Below, in pieces: positions 10,171 through 20,908 of a stretch of DNA of 64,000 nucleotides. The notes under the pieces are model-generated. The model had not been told where the DNA came from. It did not search any database and saw only the letters and a program-made list of their open reading frames with translations. The translations under genes and the position numbers were made by a program. This DNA comes from an uncultured Methanoregulaceae archaeon (GTDB lineage: Archaea; Halobacteriota; Methanomicrobia; Methanomicrobiales; Methanospirillaceae). Where the stretch lies: the NCBI GenBank assembly GCA_963701095.1, contig OY969564.1, forward strand, positions 352,001-416,000, in the 5' to 3' direction. Each line of letters opens with the position of its first letter. Within the stretch, counting starts at the first letter, position 1.

Positions 10171-10242
10171 TGCGCCGACCGGGACTCGAACCCGGGTTTA
10201 GGCGTTGGCAACGCCTAGTGATAACCACTACACTATCGGCGC
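10171..10242 (-). tRNA. tRNA-Gly(GCC)
   Basis: gcgccga tagtgtagtggttatcact aggcg ttGCCaa cgcct aaac ccggg ttcgagt cccgg tcggcgc a: complete cloverleaf, no intron, no encoded CCA. Confidence 0.97.
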
Positions 10243-10416
10243 AGTGTGCTCTAAAGTGTGGTCATTCATAGAATTTAAGTATATCGACCTTTTGGGCATA
10301 AAACAGGCTTATTTGCTGGTTGGTGTCCTCGTAAGACACGTTTCAAATGTAAGAAGCATCTTTTCAGATTCAAATGCCATATCTTAAAGTAACGCAATCG
10401 CTCTATGTATTGATCA

Positions 10417-11040
10417 ATGATTCCGCTCTTCGTGGAGTGCACGGGAAAACGAGTGGTCATTTTCGGGGGAGGAGAAGTAGCGGCACGGAAAGCTGGGCAT
10501 TTTGCACGGGAGGCGGATGTCCTGATGGTAAGTCGGACATTCAGGCCGGCCTGTAGGATGCTCCCGGTCCAGCTTCAGACCCTGAACACTCGTGCGGCCC
10601 CGGATGCGGAACTTGGACTCCTCATTGCACCAGCATTTCTTGTGATTAGCGCGCTTTCCGATCGGTCCGAGAACGATCGGATCGGAGCAATCTGTAAGGA
10701 ACACGGTGTCCTCTTCAACAATGCTGATGGAAAACCTGGCGATGTTGTTATCCCAGCAATGACAACGGGAACCCATTATACCGTTGCCGTCAGCACCGGA
10801 AGCGGAAGCCCTGCTGTGTCGCGGTTCATCCGGGAGGAGATAGAGAAAAATTATCCGGCGATGGATACTATGGTTGCGCTTCAGCACCGGCTGCGTGCGA
10901 CGTTGAAAGAACGCATGACAACCCCGGAAGTGCGTAAAAAGATTCTCTGGTCAGTACTTCGTGACAAACACATCTGGTCAATTCTCAGTAAATCCCCGGA
11001 CAAAGCGTGGGAACGGGTAGAGGAAAAGTATCTTTTATGA
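10417..11040 (+). CDS. sirC: Precorrin-2 dehydrogenase/sirohydrochlorin ferrochelatase (SirC/Met8, CysG N-terminal-like)
   Basis: MIPLF...VVIFGGGEVAARK Rossmann motif, VSTGSGSPAVSR; first gene of the hem operon. Confidence 0.85.
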   Translation: MIPLFVECTGKRVVIFGGGEVAARKAGHFAREADVLMVSRTFRPACRMLPVQLQTLNTRAAPDAELGLLIAPAFLVISALSDRSENDRIGAICKEHGVLFNNADGKPGDVVIPAMTTGTHYTVAVSTGSGSPAVSRFIREEIEKNYPAMDTMVALQHRLRATLKERMTTPEVRKKILWSVLRDKHIWSILSKSPDKAWERVEEKYLL

Positions 11041-12324
11041 ATAAGTATAGTTCGCGGATTGCAATTGCCGGGGTCAGCCACCATACCGCTAATGTAATGG
11101 CGCTTGAAGATTTCCGGTTTCCTGATGAACCGGCATTTCTTGTCGCAGCGAAAAAGAAATTCTCTGGCGTGCTTCTCCTCCAGACCTGCAACCGGGTCGA
11201 AGTAATTGTAGAAGGTAATGCCCATGCACTTCGGGATTTTCTTGAAAGCCAGTTGAGATCGGAATTCTTTCTTCTTGAAGGCCGCGAGGCTTTACACCAC
11301 CTTTTTTCTCTTGCAGCGGGTATCGAGTCAATGATTGTTGGTGAAGATCAGATCATCGGGCAGTTAAAAAAAGCAGTTGCAGATGGCGAAGTAGCTGGTA
11401 CGGCAAGCCCGTTTCTTGCACTCTGCGTTAACAAAGCCGTTCACGTTGGGGTGGGTGTCCGCAAGAATACCCGGATAAACCGGGGAGCAGTCTCAGTCGG
11501 CTCGGCCGCGGTTCTCCTTGCCGAAGCCGAAATCGGGACACTTGAGGGGCGCCACATTCTTGTTGTAGGGAGCGGTGAGATGGGTCTTCTTGTCGCACAA
11601 GCACTTGCAGCTGAAGCAGCTGACTGCAATGTATGTCGCAAACCGAACATTCGGCCGGGCAGTCAAACTCGCAGAAAAGATTGGCGGAAAAGCGGTACGG
11701 ATGAATGAATTGTATCATTACATCACGCTCTCTGATGTGGTGATTTCCTGCACATCGGCTCCACATCCGGTCATCCATAAGGAAGCGTTAAAAGAGGCGA
11801 TGCAGGCACGCTGCTGGCCGGTCGAGGGGCATCCTCGGCCGCTTATCCTGATCGATATAGCCCAGCCCCGGGATGTCGAAGAAGGTTCCGGTGCAATAGA
11901 TGGTGTCCGGCTCTTTACCATCGACGACCTACGGCGGGTCAACGAACAGACCATGAGCACGCGAAGGGTTGAAGCTGAACGGGCAGCAGACTTTGTAAAT
12001 GAAGAACTAGATCTCTTTATTCGGCAGCTGCACCGAAAATCTGCTGACGATTGTATAGCCGCCCTTCACAGTTGGGCGGAATCTGTCCGCCTGCGTGAAC
12101 GAAACAAGGCGCTTGCACGACTTGGCGATACCGATGAACGGACCACAGAAATAATCGACGATCTCTCAAGAGTCCTCACAAAGAAAATTCTTACCGATGC
12201 AACGGCATCCATCCGGGCGTGTGCGGAAGAAGGGGATCATGGCTCTGCGGAAGCATTAGTCCATGCTCTCACCCGGGGAACGACTTCAACGGAACCACCT
12301 AAAAATAAAGGATCGACCGAATAA
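11037..12324 (+). CDS. hemA: Glutamyl-tRNA reductase (one extra base at about 11612 splits the frame; probably sequence error)
   Basis: LQTCNRVE, SMIVGEDQIIGQ, VVGSGEMG in the first frame; VANRTFGRA, DIAQPRDVE in the second. Confidence 0.9.
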
Positions 12325-12396
12325 ATAGCCGGGCCACTACGGAAAAATTTCCCGGCAAATTCAGATAAAAAGAATACGTTGGGATAATTTCTGTGA

Positions 12397-13059
12397 TTAC
12401 CCGATTTTACTGTATGCCGTTTCAGCAAGTGTCTTAAGGGTACTATATTGTGCACCGGTTCCGGTAATCCTTATTACTTCAAGGATGTCGCCCTTTCCAA
12501 AGACCACTTCGCTAAATCCTATTGGAGGCGGAGCTGTGGCATTAGTGGACGAGGAAGACAAGAATGGATTATTTTCTGTTTTTGCAGTTGCTGCGTTTGC
12601 CATTGCTGAAAAAGCTTGGGTTTCGGGTCCGGTGTTTGGTGATGGCAAGTCATTATAGGAGAACCCTGTTACTTGCCTGTCGTTGACATTAATAAGTGAA
12701 ACGAGACTAGGAATATTTCCTGCCGGATATTCCGTAATAGTCTGTGTTATGACAGTCGGATTTACAGTTTCGTTCCCAGATGACGAGTATGTAGCAACGT
12801 ACCCTCCCACCCAACCGAGATCTTTTGCTTCTCCACCGAGCTCACTTATTGATTTCTGTCGACCGGATACTTGGATAAAGCCTGGTGGTAGATCCGCTTG
12901 AGTAAACACAAGTCGTGCAAGTGATACCGAGTTTGCCGCAGAGCCGGTTGCCGGTGCTAATGTAACATTTCCCGGAGAACCGGAAGGTGAGACACAACCG
13001 GCACACACGGTAATAGCACATGCCACAAAAATATAGACGAAAAATGCAATTCTCTGCAT
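12397..13059 (-). CDS. Putative lipoprotein on the opposite strand between hemA and hemB
   Basis: Signal peptide with lipobox VCAGC; Ser/Thr-rich; LVFTQADLPPGF motif. Confidence 0.7.
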   Translation of the reverse strand: MQRIAFFVYIFVACAITVCAGCVSPSGSPGNVTLAPATGSAANSVSLARLVFTQADLPPGFIQVSGRQKSISELGGEAKDLGWVGGYVATYSSSGNETVNPTVITQTITEYPAGNIPSLVSLINVNDRQVTGFSYNDLPSPNTGPETQAFSAMANAATAKTENNPFLSSSSTNATAPPPIGFSEVVFGKGDILEVIRITGTGAQYSTLKTLAETAYSKIG

Positions 13060-13198
13060 GGGAAGTAGTAAAGTCGGAAACAGGATATAACTTTCCGCTT
13101 ATGCTTTCCGGAAACCGGGATAAATTTCTCCTGATAATATAACCATAAATACCATGCATCTGCAAACTGTACTTGATAACGTCCAAGGTATGGTGCCC

Positions 13199-14176
13199 AT
13201 GTTCCTTCAGCGACGAATGCGGCGGGTAAGGTCCCGCACTATCCAACCCCTTCTGCGTGAAACAACCCTGACAAAAAACGACTTCGTCGCTCCCCTTTTT
13301 GTAGATGAAACGGCAGCGGCCCCGGTGCCTATTGAGTCCATGCCCGGGCAGTCCCGGTATCCTGTTAGTTCTATAGCTACAGTTGCCGGAAAACTGTGGG
13401 AACGGGGTATCCGGGCTGTTCTTCTTTTTGGAATTCCAGCCCAAAAGGATGAAGCAGCAACTGGTTCCTATGACCCCGAAGGAATAGTGCAGCAGGCAGT
13501 GCGGCGGATAAAATCTGAATATCCTGACATGGTGGTCATAACCGATGTCTGTGCCTGCGAATACACAAGCCATGGTCATTGTGGAATTGTCGGTGGGACC
13601 CGGTGTGGGGGAAAGGACCTCTTAAATGACGAGTCCCTACTTCTCATGAACCGGATCGCAGTCAGCCATGCTGAGGCAGGAGCGGATATTGTTGCCCCGT
13701 CTTGTATGCTTGACGGGATGGTAGCGTCGATCCGGGCTGCGCTCGATGACAGTGGATATGAGGATGTCCTGATCATGTCGTATTCGACCAAATTTTCGTC
13801 AGCACTCTATGGACCGTTCCGGGAAGCTGCGGAATCAGGGTTCACGTTTGGTGATCGCACGACATACCAGATGAACCCCGCAAATGCCCGTGAGGCCTTC
13901 CTTGAGTCACGACTTGATATGGAGGAGGGGGCAGATATTTTGATGGTCAAGCCTGCAGGACCCTACCTTGATATCCTCGCTGACATTGCAAAATTAGGTC
14001 TCCCCGTGGCGGGTTACCAGGTTAGTGGAGAATACTCAATGATTAAGGCTGCATCGGAACGGGGATGGATTAAGGAAAGGGAAACGGTGCTTGAGCTCCT
14101 TACCTGTATCAAACGGGCCGGGGCTGATCTTATTATCACCTATTTTGCATACGATGCCTGCGGGTGGCTGGAATGA
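13199..14176 (+). CDS. hemB: Porphobilinogen synthase (Zn-dependent ALAD)
   Basis: [19 protein letters not shown]n site, [28 protein letters not shown]. Alternative upstream start at 13154. Confidence 0.95.
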   Translation: MFLQRRMRRVRSRTIQPLLRETTLTKNDFVAPLFVDETAAAPVPIESMPGQSRYPVSSIATVAGKLWERGIRAVLLFGIPAQKDEAATGSYDPEGIVQQAVRRIKSEYPDMVVITDVCACEYTSHGHCGIVGGTRCGGKDLLNDESLLLMNRIAVSHAEAGADIVAPSCMLDGMVASIRAALDDSGYEDVLIMSYSTKFSSALYGPFREAAESGFTFGDRTTYQMNPANAREAFLESRLDMEEGADILMVKPAGPYLDILADIAKLGLPVAGYQVSGEYSMIKAASERGWIKERETVLELLTCIKRAGADLIITYFAYDACGWLE

Positions 14177-15409
14177 AAAGTCAGGATCTATTTGATCAAG
14201 CCAGAACTCTTATACCGGGCGGTGTCTCAAGCCCCGTCAGGGCAATAAAACCGTATCCGTTTTATACGGCCTACGCTCAGGGAGCACATCTTTCAACAGT
14301 CGATGGTTCAACCCTCATTGACTGCTGCATGGCATACGGACCACTGCTTCTCGGTCATGCACACCCGGAGATCAAAAAGGCAATTACGGATCAGCTTGAA
14401 AAAGGGTGGCTGTATGGTACTCCAATATCGAATGAACCTGAGTTTGCCCGACTCATCACCAGTGACCACCCTGGCATGGATATGGTCCGTTTTGTGTCGA
14501 GCGGTTCGGAAGCGACGATGGCCGCGATCCGGCTTGCCCGGGGTTTTACCTGTAAATCAGATATCATAAAAATAGAGGGAGGATTTCACGGCGCACACGA
14601 TGGTGTTCTGGTAAAGGCCGGTTCAGGAGCCACGACAATGGGTGTTCCTGATTCTGCCGGGTACCGCCGGCCGTGGTTGCCCACACCCGGCAGCTTCCGT
14701 ATAATGATGCAGAAGCGCTTGAATCTCTCCTTGCACGGGATCATGATATTGCTGCCCTTATTATTGAACCGGTCCTTGGAAATATCGGGCCTGTGCTCCC
14801 GGAAGAGCGTTACCTGAAAGATATCCGAGAGATTACCAAAGCCTACGGTGTCCTTTTAATCTTCGATGAAGTAATTACCGGCTATCGCCTGGGTATTGGC
14901 GGGGCTCAGGTAATGTTTGGTGTGAAACCGGATATTACAACATTTGGGAAGATTATCGGTGGCGGTCTTCCCATTGGTGCATTCTGCGGTCGCCGGGAGA
15001 TAATGTCGCTTGTTGCGCCACAGGGCCCGGTATACCAGGCCGGCACTTTCTCGGGTAATCCCCTCTCACTTGCAGCAGGACTCGCAACTATCCACTGGAT
15101 CCATAATCACCCTGAGATATACCGGGATCTTGATGAAAAAACCGGGCTATAGAAGAATCCGTGGGGAATGGAACGGGATCGTTTGTACGCATTGGTTCAA
15201 TGTTCAAGTATTTCTTCCGGGAAAAAGTACCGAAGAATTACACCGAAGTTAAGGAATGCGATACCGCTGCTTTTGGCAGATTCTGGCAGAACACACTTTC
15301 CCGCGGAATTTTCCTTCCGCCTTCACAGTTTGAAACAAACTTCCTTTCGGTGGCACATTCCAATAAAGATCTTGAATCTATTGCTGGGGGGTATGCTGCG
15401 TGTCTGTAA
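14173..15409 (+). CDS. hemL: Glutamate-1-semialdehyde 2,1-aminomutase (two single-base homopolymer deletions at about 14660 and 15143)
   Basis: [47 protein letters not shown] and PPSQFE spread over three consecutive ORFs. Confidence 0.9.
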
Positions 15410-16291
15410 GGGTCGGGACCCGGGGCAGCAGGCTCGCTCTTGCCCAGACGGCGACCGTCATAAAAAAGATCCAATCGTTAGGTATTGAAGTTGAACAAAA
15501 AATTATTAACACGCAGGGCGATGAAGTAACTGGTATCCCTCTCCACGCGATTGGAAAACAGGGAGTTTTTGTCCGTGCCCTTGACGATGCTATACTCAAT
15601 AACGAAATTGACTGTGCTGTACATAGCATGAAAGATATCCCTGCTCTTCGTCCTTCAGGTTTGATCACGTCAGCGATCCTTCCCCGGGATTCCCCTGCCG
15701 ATTTTCTTGCTTATTCCGGTCCTGTTTCATCAGTCAGGATCGTCGGCACTTCAAGCACACGGCGGCGGGCCCAGCTCCTGCGACATGATCCAGGTCTTGA
15801 AATTAAAGATCTCCGGGGGAATGTCGATACAAGAGTCAAAAAACTCAGCGAAGGTCAATTCCATGCAATCGTCCTTGCAGAAGCAGGGCTTTCACGGCTA
15901 GGCATCCGGATTCCGGGTGACCGGCTTCCCCCGGAAAAATTTGTTCCGACAGCAAACCAGGGTACTATCGCTGTCGTCAGCCGGGCAGATCCTTCCCTAA
16001 TCGAGGGTACTATCCTCTCTCGATCATCCTGTCACCCGGAAGGATGTTGCCATTGAGAGGGCCGTCATGGAACAGATCGGTGCCGGCTGCTTCACACCTA
16101 TGGGCATTTATTGTAAAAATGGCCACCTTATTGCTGAGGTTCTTTCTCTCGATGGAAAACGGACGGAACGTATCGAAAAGAACATCGGAACATTAGAAGA
16201 TGCACGTGCAGAGGGAACGGCGTTTCGATCAGTGGCAGGCGACCTGATTGCTGAGGCATATCACACATTAGGGATTTCTTATGAACGGTAA
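15400..16291 (+). CDS. hemC: Hydroxymethylbilane synthase (one extra G at about 16005)
   Basis: VGTRGSRLALAQ, AVHSMKD, GTSSTRRRAQL, LRGNVDTR; cofactor Cys motif GAGCFTPMG in the downstream frame. Confidence 0.9.
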
Positions 16292-17045
16292 AGTGTATCT
16301 TGTTGGCTCAGGCCCTGGCGGTACAGGACTTCTGGCGCAGCATGCAGCGGAAGTGATTGAAATAGCAGATGTCATCTTTTATGACCAGCTACCTGGTGAA
16401 GAAATCCTTTCGTCTCTCCCGGTAAATGTCGAGAAGATTGACTGCGGAAAATACGGTGGCCGGCATACACTCGAGCAGCAGGAGATAGAGTCCCTGATGG
16501 TTGAGCAGGCAAAAAAAGGGAAAATTGTTGTCCGACTAAAGGGAGGCGATCCCTTCCTTTTTGGCCGGGGCGGAGAAGAGCTGGAGACCGTACAGGCCGC
16601 CGGTATCGCGGTCGAGATGGTGCCGGGCATTTCCAGTGCACTTGCAGTGCCGGCGTCGGTGGGTATTCCGGTTACACACCGAAAATATTCCTCTCAGGTT
16701 ACCATTCTCACAGGTCACGAAGATCCTACAAAACCGGAACCTGCGCTTGACTGGCAGTTACTTGCCAGAAGCCGGGGGACAATAGTAATCCTTATGGGGG
16801 TCGCAAATCTTGGTAATATTGCACGGGCCCTGCTGGACAACGGTAAAAATGGAAACATACCGGTCGCTATAATCGAACGGGGTCTGCGAAAAGACCGCCG
16901 GGTTACAACCGGTCCCCTTTCAGACATTGGAAAAATTGCACTCCAGGCTGAAGTAAAACCACCGGCCGTCATTGTTATCGGGGAAGTTGTCCGGTTATAT
17001 GATCCAAGGCAACCGGATCTTATTCCTCCGGGGGAGAGAAAATGA
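16281..17045 (+). CDS. cobA: Uroporphyrinogen-III C-methyltransferase
   Basis: VYLVGSGPG, VVRLKGGDPFLFGRGGEE, VPGISSA, GIPVTHR. Confidence 0.95.
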   Translation: MNGKVYLVGSGPGGTGLLAQHAAEVIEIADVIFYDQLPGEEILSSLPVNVEKIDCGKYGGRHTLEQQEIESLMVEQAKKGKIVVRLKGGDPFLFGRGGEELETVQAAGIAVEMVPGISSALAVPASVGIPVTHRKYSSQVTILTGHEDPTKPEPALDWQLLARSRGTIVILMGVANLGNIARALLDNGKNGNIPVAIIERGLRKDRRVTTGPLSDIGKIALQAEVKPPAVIVIGEVVRLYDPRQPDLIPPGERK

Positions 17046-17497
17046 TTGAGCAGATTGACAGGTTTGAACGCATAATATATACCATCCTTATTGTCCTTCT
17101 CGGTGTTGTGCTTATCTTTGCTTTGATCGGCATGGTTTATCTGATTATATCAAGCATTATTTCACCGTCTATAGGACTACTGTCTAACACGAATATTGTT
17201 TCAATCCTTGGCTCATTTTTACTTGTGCTCATCACTGTCGAGCTTTTGGATACGATGAAGGCGTATATTGCAGACAATGTAGTACATGTTGAAGTGGTTG
17301 TGCTTTTGGCAATCATCGCAATCGCGCGGAAAGTAATTCTGCTGGACCCGGCATCAGCTGATTCCACGGAACTTATCGGGTTCGGCGTGATTATTGTCGG
17401 GCTTGCAGCTGCCTATTACCTCATTAAAAAAGCGGGTGTTCAAATAGGATATGGCTTTAACAAACCCCCTCAGGAAAAGCATCAGGTCAAAGAATAA
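17042..17497 (+). CDS. Phosphate-starvation-inducible PsiE-family membrane protein
   Basis: Four TM helices; LLVLITVELLDT...VEVVVLLAIIAIARKVI signature. Confidence 0.8.
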   Translation: MIEQIDRFERIIYTILIVLLGVVLIFALIGMVYLIISSIISPSIGLLSNTNIVSILGSFLLVLITVELLDTMKAYIADNVVHVEVVVLLAIIAIARKVILLDPASADSTELIGFGVIIVGLAAAYYLIKKAGVQIGYGFNKPPQEKHQVKE

Positions 17498-17622
17498 CCT
17501 GTAGTCTGAAATATTTCAGGTCGTTCAACATTTTTTGGTAATATGATGATATACCAATTTTTCGTCAGGGAAAACAAGTCTGTTTTATTCAACCAATTCA
17601 ATGGTATTAATCCAGCACGCCT

Positions 17623-18762
17623 TTAAAAGATGGATTTCCCGCCAAACCGGAAGCAGCCGTCCGGGATTTCAATCTCAAAACGCACACCACTACCAAAGTT
17701 CCCACATTCCCTGATAGACAACCCGGTAATCGAGAGAATTTCCCGGCTGATAAACAATCCAAGCCCGGTGTTTTTACCAAAACCTTTTTCGAATATCTTC
17801 TTTTTATCTGTTTCAGGGACGCCTGCTCCATCATCCTCATAAATGAGTAGTAATCTAGATCCTGATTTTTCGTATTTGACTGTAACCTGCCGGACATGTT
17901 CGCCATGCCGTATCGAATTATCAACCATGTTCTCGAAAACTTTTTCAAGGAGTGGATCAGCGAATATCTCGAGATTTCCGGTCAAGATGCGGAGCTCGAT
18001 ACCAGCTCGCACGAGAATTGGTGAAATAAGGGCTATAATCTGCTCTATATTATTCCACTGGGCTGCTTTTACACCGATATCCTCATATGTCCTAGTGAAC
18101 TCTATCTGACGAAGGATGTTGTTTGCAACAATTTCCTCTTTGTCGAAATTTGTTTTCATCTCTACGCTCTGATCAATCATTTTGGAGAGCTCGATGTACG
18201 CTAAGAGTGCCGTCAACTGGTTTTTGATATCATGTCGGGTAATGCTCGACAACAGGTTGAGTTTTTTATTTGCGTTAACAAACGCTTTCTGTGTACTATC
18301 AAGCTGCGAGTTCAGAGCCGTCAATTCCCTATTCTTGGCAAGCACTTGTTTATGGTACCGTTTTATTTCCTCAACAAGCTTCCAGATAACGATAGCAACA
18401 ATCAGAAGAATCAAAGCGCGAAGGATCGGTTCGTACGGGATAATATGCGGTTCTAGTACCATGCTAATGAAAATCTGGAGACCGCCAAAGAATAGGGCAG
18501 TTGCGATTGCCGCCCTTCCATACCAGAGCCCGGCAACTGCTACAATCAGGTAATAAAACTGGGTATATACAACAGTTATGCCGAATATGAGATGGACTAC
18601 ACTTTCAAGAAGGATGCCCGAAAGAATGAGAACGGAAAAAACAACAAGTTTTAGTTTCTCTTGTCCCTGCGGTACAACTTCCGATGTTTTGATCAGGTTC
18701 AACACGTTTACTCCAGCAATAATACCCACTAGGTTTGTTATCATGTGCCATATATATCTCAC
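17623..18762 (-). CDS. Membrane-bound sensor histidine kinase
   Basis: N-terminal TM module (VYTQFYY...GLWYG); H-box LSSITRHDIKNQL; N-box NMVDNSIRHG; G boxes DDGAG and GKNTGLGL. Confidence 0.9.
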   Translation of the reverse strand: MRYIWHMITNLVGIIAGVNVLNLIKTSEVVPQGQEKLKLVVFSVLILSGILLESVVHLIFGITVVYTQFYYLIVAVAGLWYGRAAIATALFFGGLQIFISMVLEPHIIPYEPILRALILLIVAIVIWKLVEEIKRYHKQVLAKNRELTALNSQLDSTQKAFVNANKKLNLLSSITRHDIKNQLTALLAYIELSKMIDQSVEMKTNFDKEEIVANNILRQIEFTRTYEDIGVKAAQWNNIEQIIALISPILVRAGIELRILTGNLEIFADPLLEKVFENMVDNSIRHGEHVRQVTVKYEKSGSRLLLIYEDDGAGVPETDKKKIFEKGFGKNTGLGLFISREILSITGLSIRECGNFGSGVRFEIEIPDGCFRFGGKSIF

Positions 18763-18889
18763 GAAACAATTCGAAATGATTAATTCGCTTGCTTAAACTT
18801 ACTGTTATCAATTAAGGTAACTTTATATCATTTCTCTGGGGTCTGGCTTATATAAAATCCAGATTATTGAACAGGACTAAAAGAATGCA

Positions 18890-19387
18890 TTATCGATCGT
18901 TTTTCAGATTTTCAAAACTATCCTTACTCCGGAGCAAAAACGGATTCAGCTCAGGGATCTCATCTATCCAATCCAGATCTTCCACGCCGGACTGGTGGGG
19001 TTGATAATTGGCTTTGCTTATATTCTTTAAGTCCGCTCGAGGTACTAGGTTGCCTAGACAGAATTCTCGGGAATTCAACGGTTGATCTCCGGCAATAGGC
19101 ATGGAAAGAGGGTTCATTGCGGTATTGTTGTCATGCCAGAATGAATCATTATGGTCAAAATACCATGATCGTAACTGCTTGATATATTCAGCAGATGCAG
19201 GCCGGTAGAGATACTCAGGAATATCGAATTCTGTCTGCTGGACTTTTCTCTTAACCTTTGACCTGCCAAGTATGGCAGGAATTATAACAAACAGGAATTC
19301 AATAGATGCAAATAATACGATGAAGAAAAAAAGAACCAAATATCCGAAATTTACAGCCATATTTATATTATTATACTTCATCTCCAA
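18890..19387 (-). CDS. Hypothetical protein with N-terminal TM helix
   Basis: 165-aa ORF, hydrophobic residues about 12-40; start codon uncertain. Confidence 0.45.
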   Translation of the reverse strand: MEMKYNNINMAVNFGYLVLFFFIVLFASIEFLFVIIPAILGRSKVKRKVQQTEFDIPEYLYRPASAEYIKQLRSWYFDHNDSFWHDNNTAMNPLSMPIAGDQPLNSREFCLGNLVPRADLKNISKANYQPHQSGVEDLDWIDEIPELNPFLLRSKDSFENLKNDR

Positions 19388-19581
19388 TTAAGGACTTTTC
19401 GGTTTACTCTCGGAAATAACTATCTTTTGAACCCATATTGAGCCTTTCCTTTCTTTGGGATAAAAATCAGGATGTAGCTTATCAATATTTCACTACGTCA
19501 ATCCCTTTCTCCCGGCTAAAATGAGATATATTTTATTATTCATTATCTTCTCCGAAGTGTTCGGAAAATATACTCCTTCAA

Positions 19582-19666
19582 AAAAGGGTAGCCAAGTCAG
19601 GTTAAAGGTGTTAGGTTGAGTGCCTAATCTCGCAGGTGTTCTTGGCTTTGAATCCCTTCCCTTACA
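19582..19666 (+). pseudogene. Degenerate tRNA-Leu(GAG)
   Basis: aaaaggg ta gccaagtcaggttaaaggt g ttagg ttGAGtg cctaa tctcgcaggtgttc ttggc tttgaat ccctt cccttac a. Class II layout, perfect anticodon stem, 5/7 acceptor pairs, broken T-stem (TTCGA changed to TTTGA), followed by a T run. Confidence 0.8.
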
Positions 19667-19808
19667 TTTTTTCCGTCAGTTCTTGAACATATTCTCTGGG
19701 ACAAGATTCTCCCCAAGAATGGTATGGAAATGCAATTGAGTAGGCCTCATTCGTTATCGGTGTTTTGGATCTGATTTTCCTATGGCAATTTTCCAGAGCA
19801 GGAAAAAA

Positions 19809-20570
19809 TTACTGGTAGTAGGTGGGTTTATCCGTTTCGGTACCGGGAGCCGTGCCAATTGTTTTACTTGGGTAATACTGGAACGACATGATCATGTTTT
19901 CATAGGTCCCCCGGTTTATGATGCCACCAGGAGTTACCGAGTAAATCATTTCCGGAAGATATCCCTTTTGGTTTGCATTTGCCTGGTTGCCGACATAGAT
20001 GACGGTTTCGTCCGGTGTTCCCGTAAAGGGATCGGTCCTGGTATCAAACCGGGTGTAGGTGATCCCGTTCAAAGATGTAACCGTAGATTCATCAAATACC
20101 GTACCGGAATTTCGCAGGAAAGCTCTGAGATTCTGACTTACGTCAAGAGAGGTGGAATAGGAGAAGATGGTCAACGAATCGGCAAGTTCAGAATAATTTC
20201 CGCTTTGGTCATCAATTATCTGACTGCTTCCTTGCGTAGCGGGGTTATATATGGTTGTTTTATAGTCGTTGGTGTACCCGGTTGAAATCACCCTGATTGA
20301 AGTGCCTGTATACCCTTCCGGTGCTGAGATGGTAAAGAGCAGAGGCGTGTCTTTGATGGTTGTCGGGAGGGAAATGGCTGGGGCAATTGTTGTTGGTGCG
20401 GGAACCGGGATTGTAGAGACAGGTGTCGGAACTGCAGTTGGTATTTCGGTTGGGACAATCGTTTGCGAAGGTATAGGTGTCGGTTGAGACTGAGGAGTCT
20501 GGGTGCACCCGGCGGTTGCAAGCAGAACCACTATCGCACATGAAAGTGCGACAAAAATCGAAATTTTCAT
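19809..20570 (-). CDS. Putative lipoprotein with Pro/Thr-rich linker
   Basis: Lipobox LLATAGC followed by a PT-rich segment. Confidence 0.75.
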   Translation of the reverse strand: MKISIFVALSCAIVVLLATAGCTQTPQSQPTPIPSQTIVPTEIPTAVPTPVSTIPVPAPTTIAPAISLPTTIKDTPLLFTISAPEGYTGTSIRVISTGYTNDYKTTIYNPATQGSSQIIDDQSGNYSELADSLTIFSYSTSLDVSQNLRAFLRNSGTVFDESTVTSLNGITYTRFDTRTDPFTGTPDETVIYVGNQANANQKGYLPEMIYSVTPGGIINRGTYENMIMSFQYYPSKTIGTAPGTETDKPTYYQ

Positions 20571-20812
20571 ACACGTGGATACATCTCGAAGTTAATATAA
20601 ATTTCTGAAGGTACGAGATCGGTTTGGGAAGGACTTCCCTCTCCTTAAATCATAAAAAAATGGAATGAAGAATTTTACATTGTATTCATAAAGATTCCAT
20701 TTATCGACAAATTTCTCTTGGAGGAACAGTTCAGCCTTTTCTTAAAAAAAACGACAAAACAGGTGTTGCATCTTTGTACATTTATCGTTCCAAAATCAAC
20801 AATCGTATCGTT

Positions 20813-20862
20813 TTTTGCAATAACAGCACATGCTTATCCACTATCTCGTTCAATGGTGGCCT
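20813..20862 (+). promoter_or_regulatory. Shared upstream motif TTTTGYAA-N13-TTAWCC, copy A
   Basis: ttttgcaa taacagcacatgc ttatcc ...aatggtggc; related copies at 21482(+), 22288(+), 26370(-) and 26827(+). Confidence 0.7.
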
Positions 20863-20908
20863 GTTCTGATAGATAAAAATCAATATCAGAACAGGAATTG
20901 GAAACATA

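Larger units (their letters stand above)
1..10200. mobile_element. Provirus-derived integrative island inserted at the 3' end of tRNA-Gly; other att site lies outside the window
   Basis: Integrase abuts the tRNA 3' end; cargo is a capsid remnant, an HNH-like nuclease and type III R-M. No second copy of the tRNA 3' half was seen in the window. Confidence 0.75.

Noticed and set aside
11037..16291. Pseudogenisation or programmed frameshifting of hemA, hemL (twice) and hemC
   Set aside because: Each break is a single base, mostly in G/C homopolymers, with otherwise intact catalytic motifs. Similar indels occur in the MCP, the 34119 kinase and both IS copies. The pathway feeds F430 and cobamide synthesis, so long-read consensus error is more likely; check with short reads.
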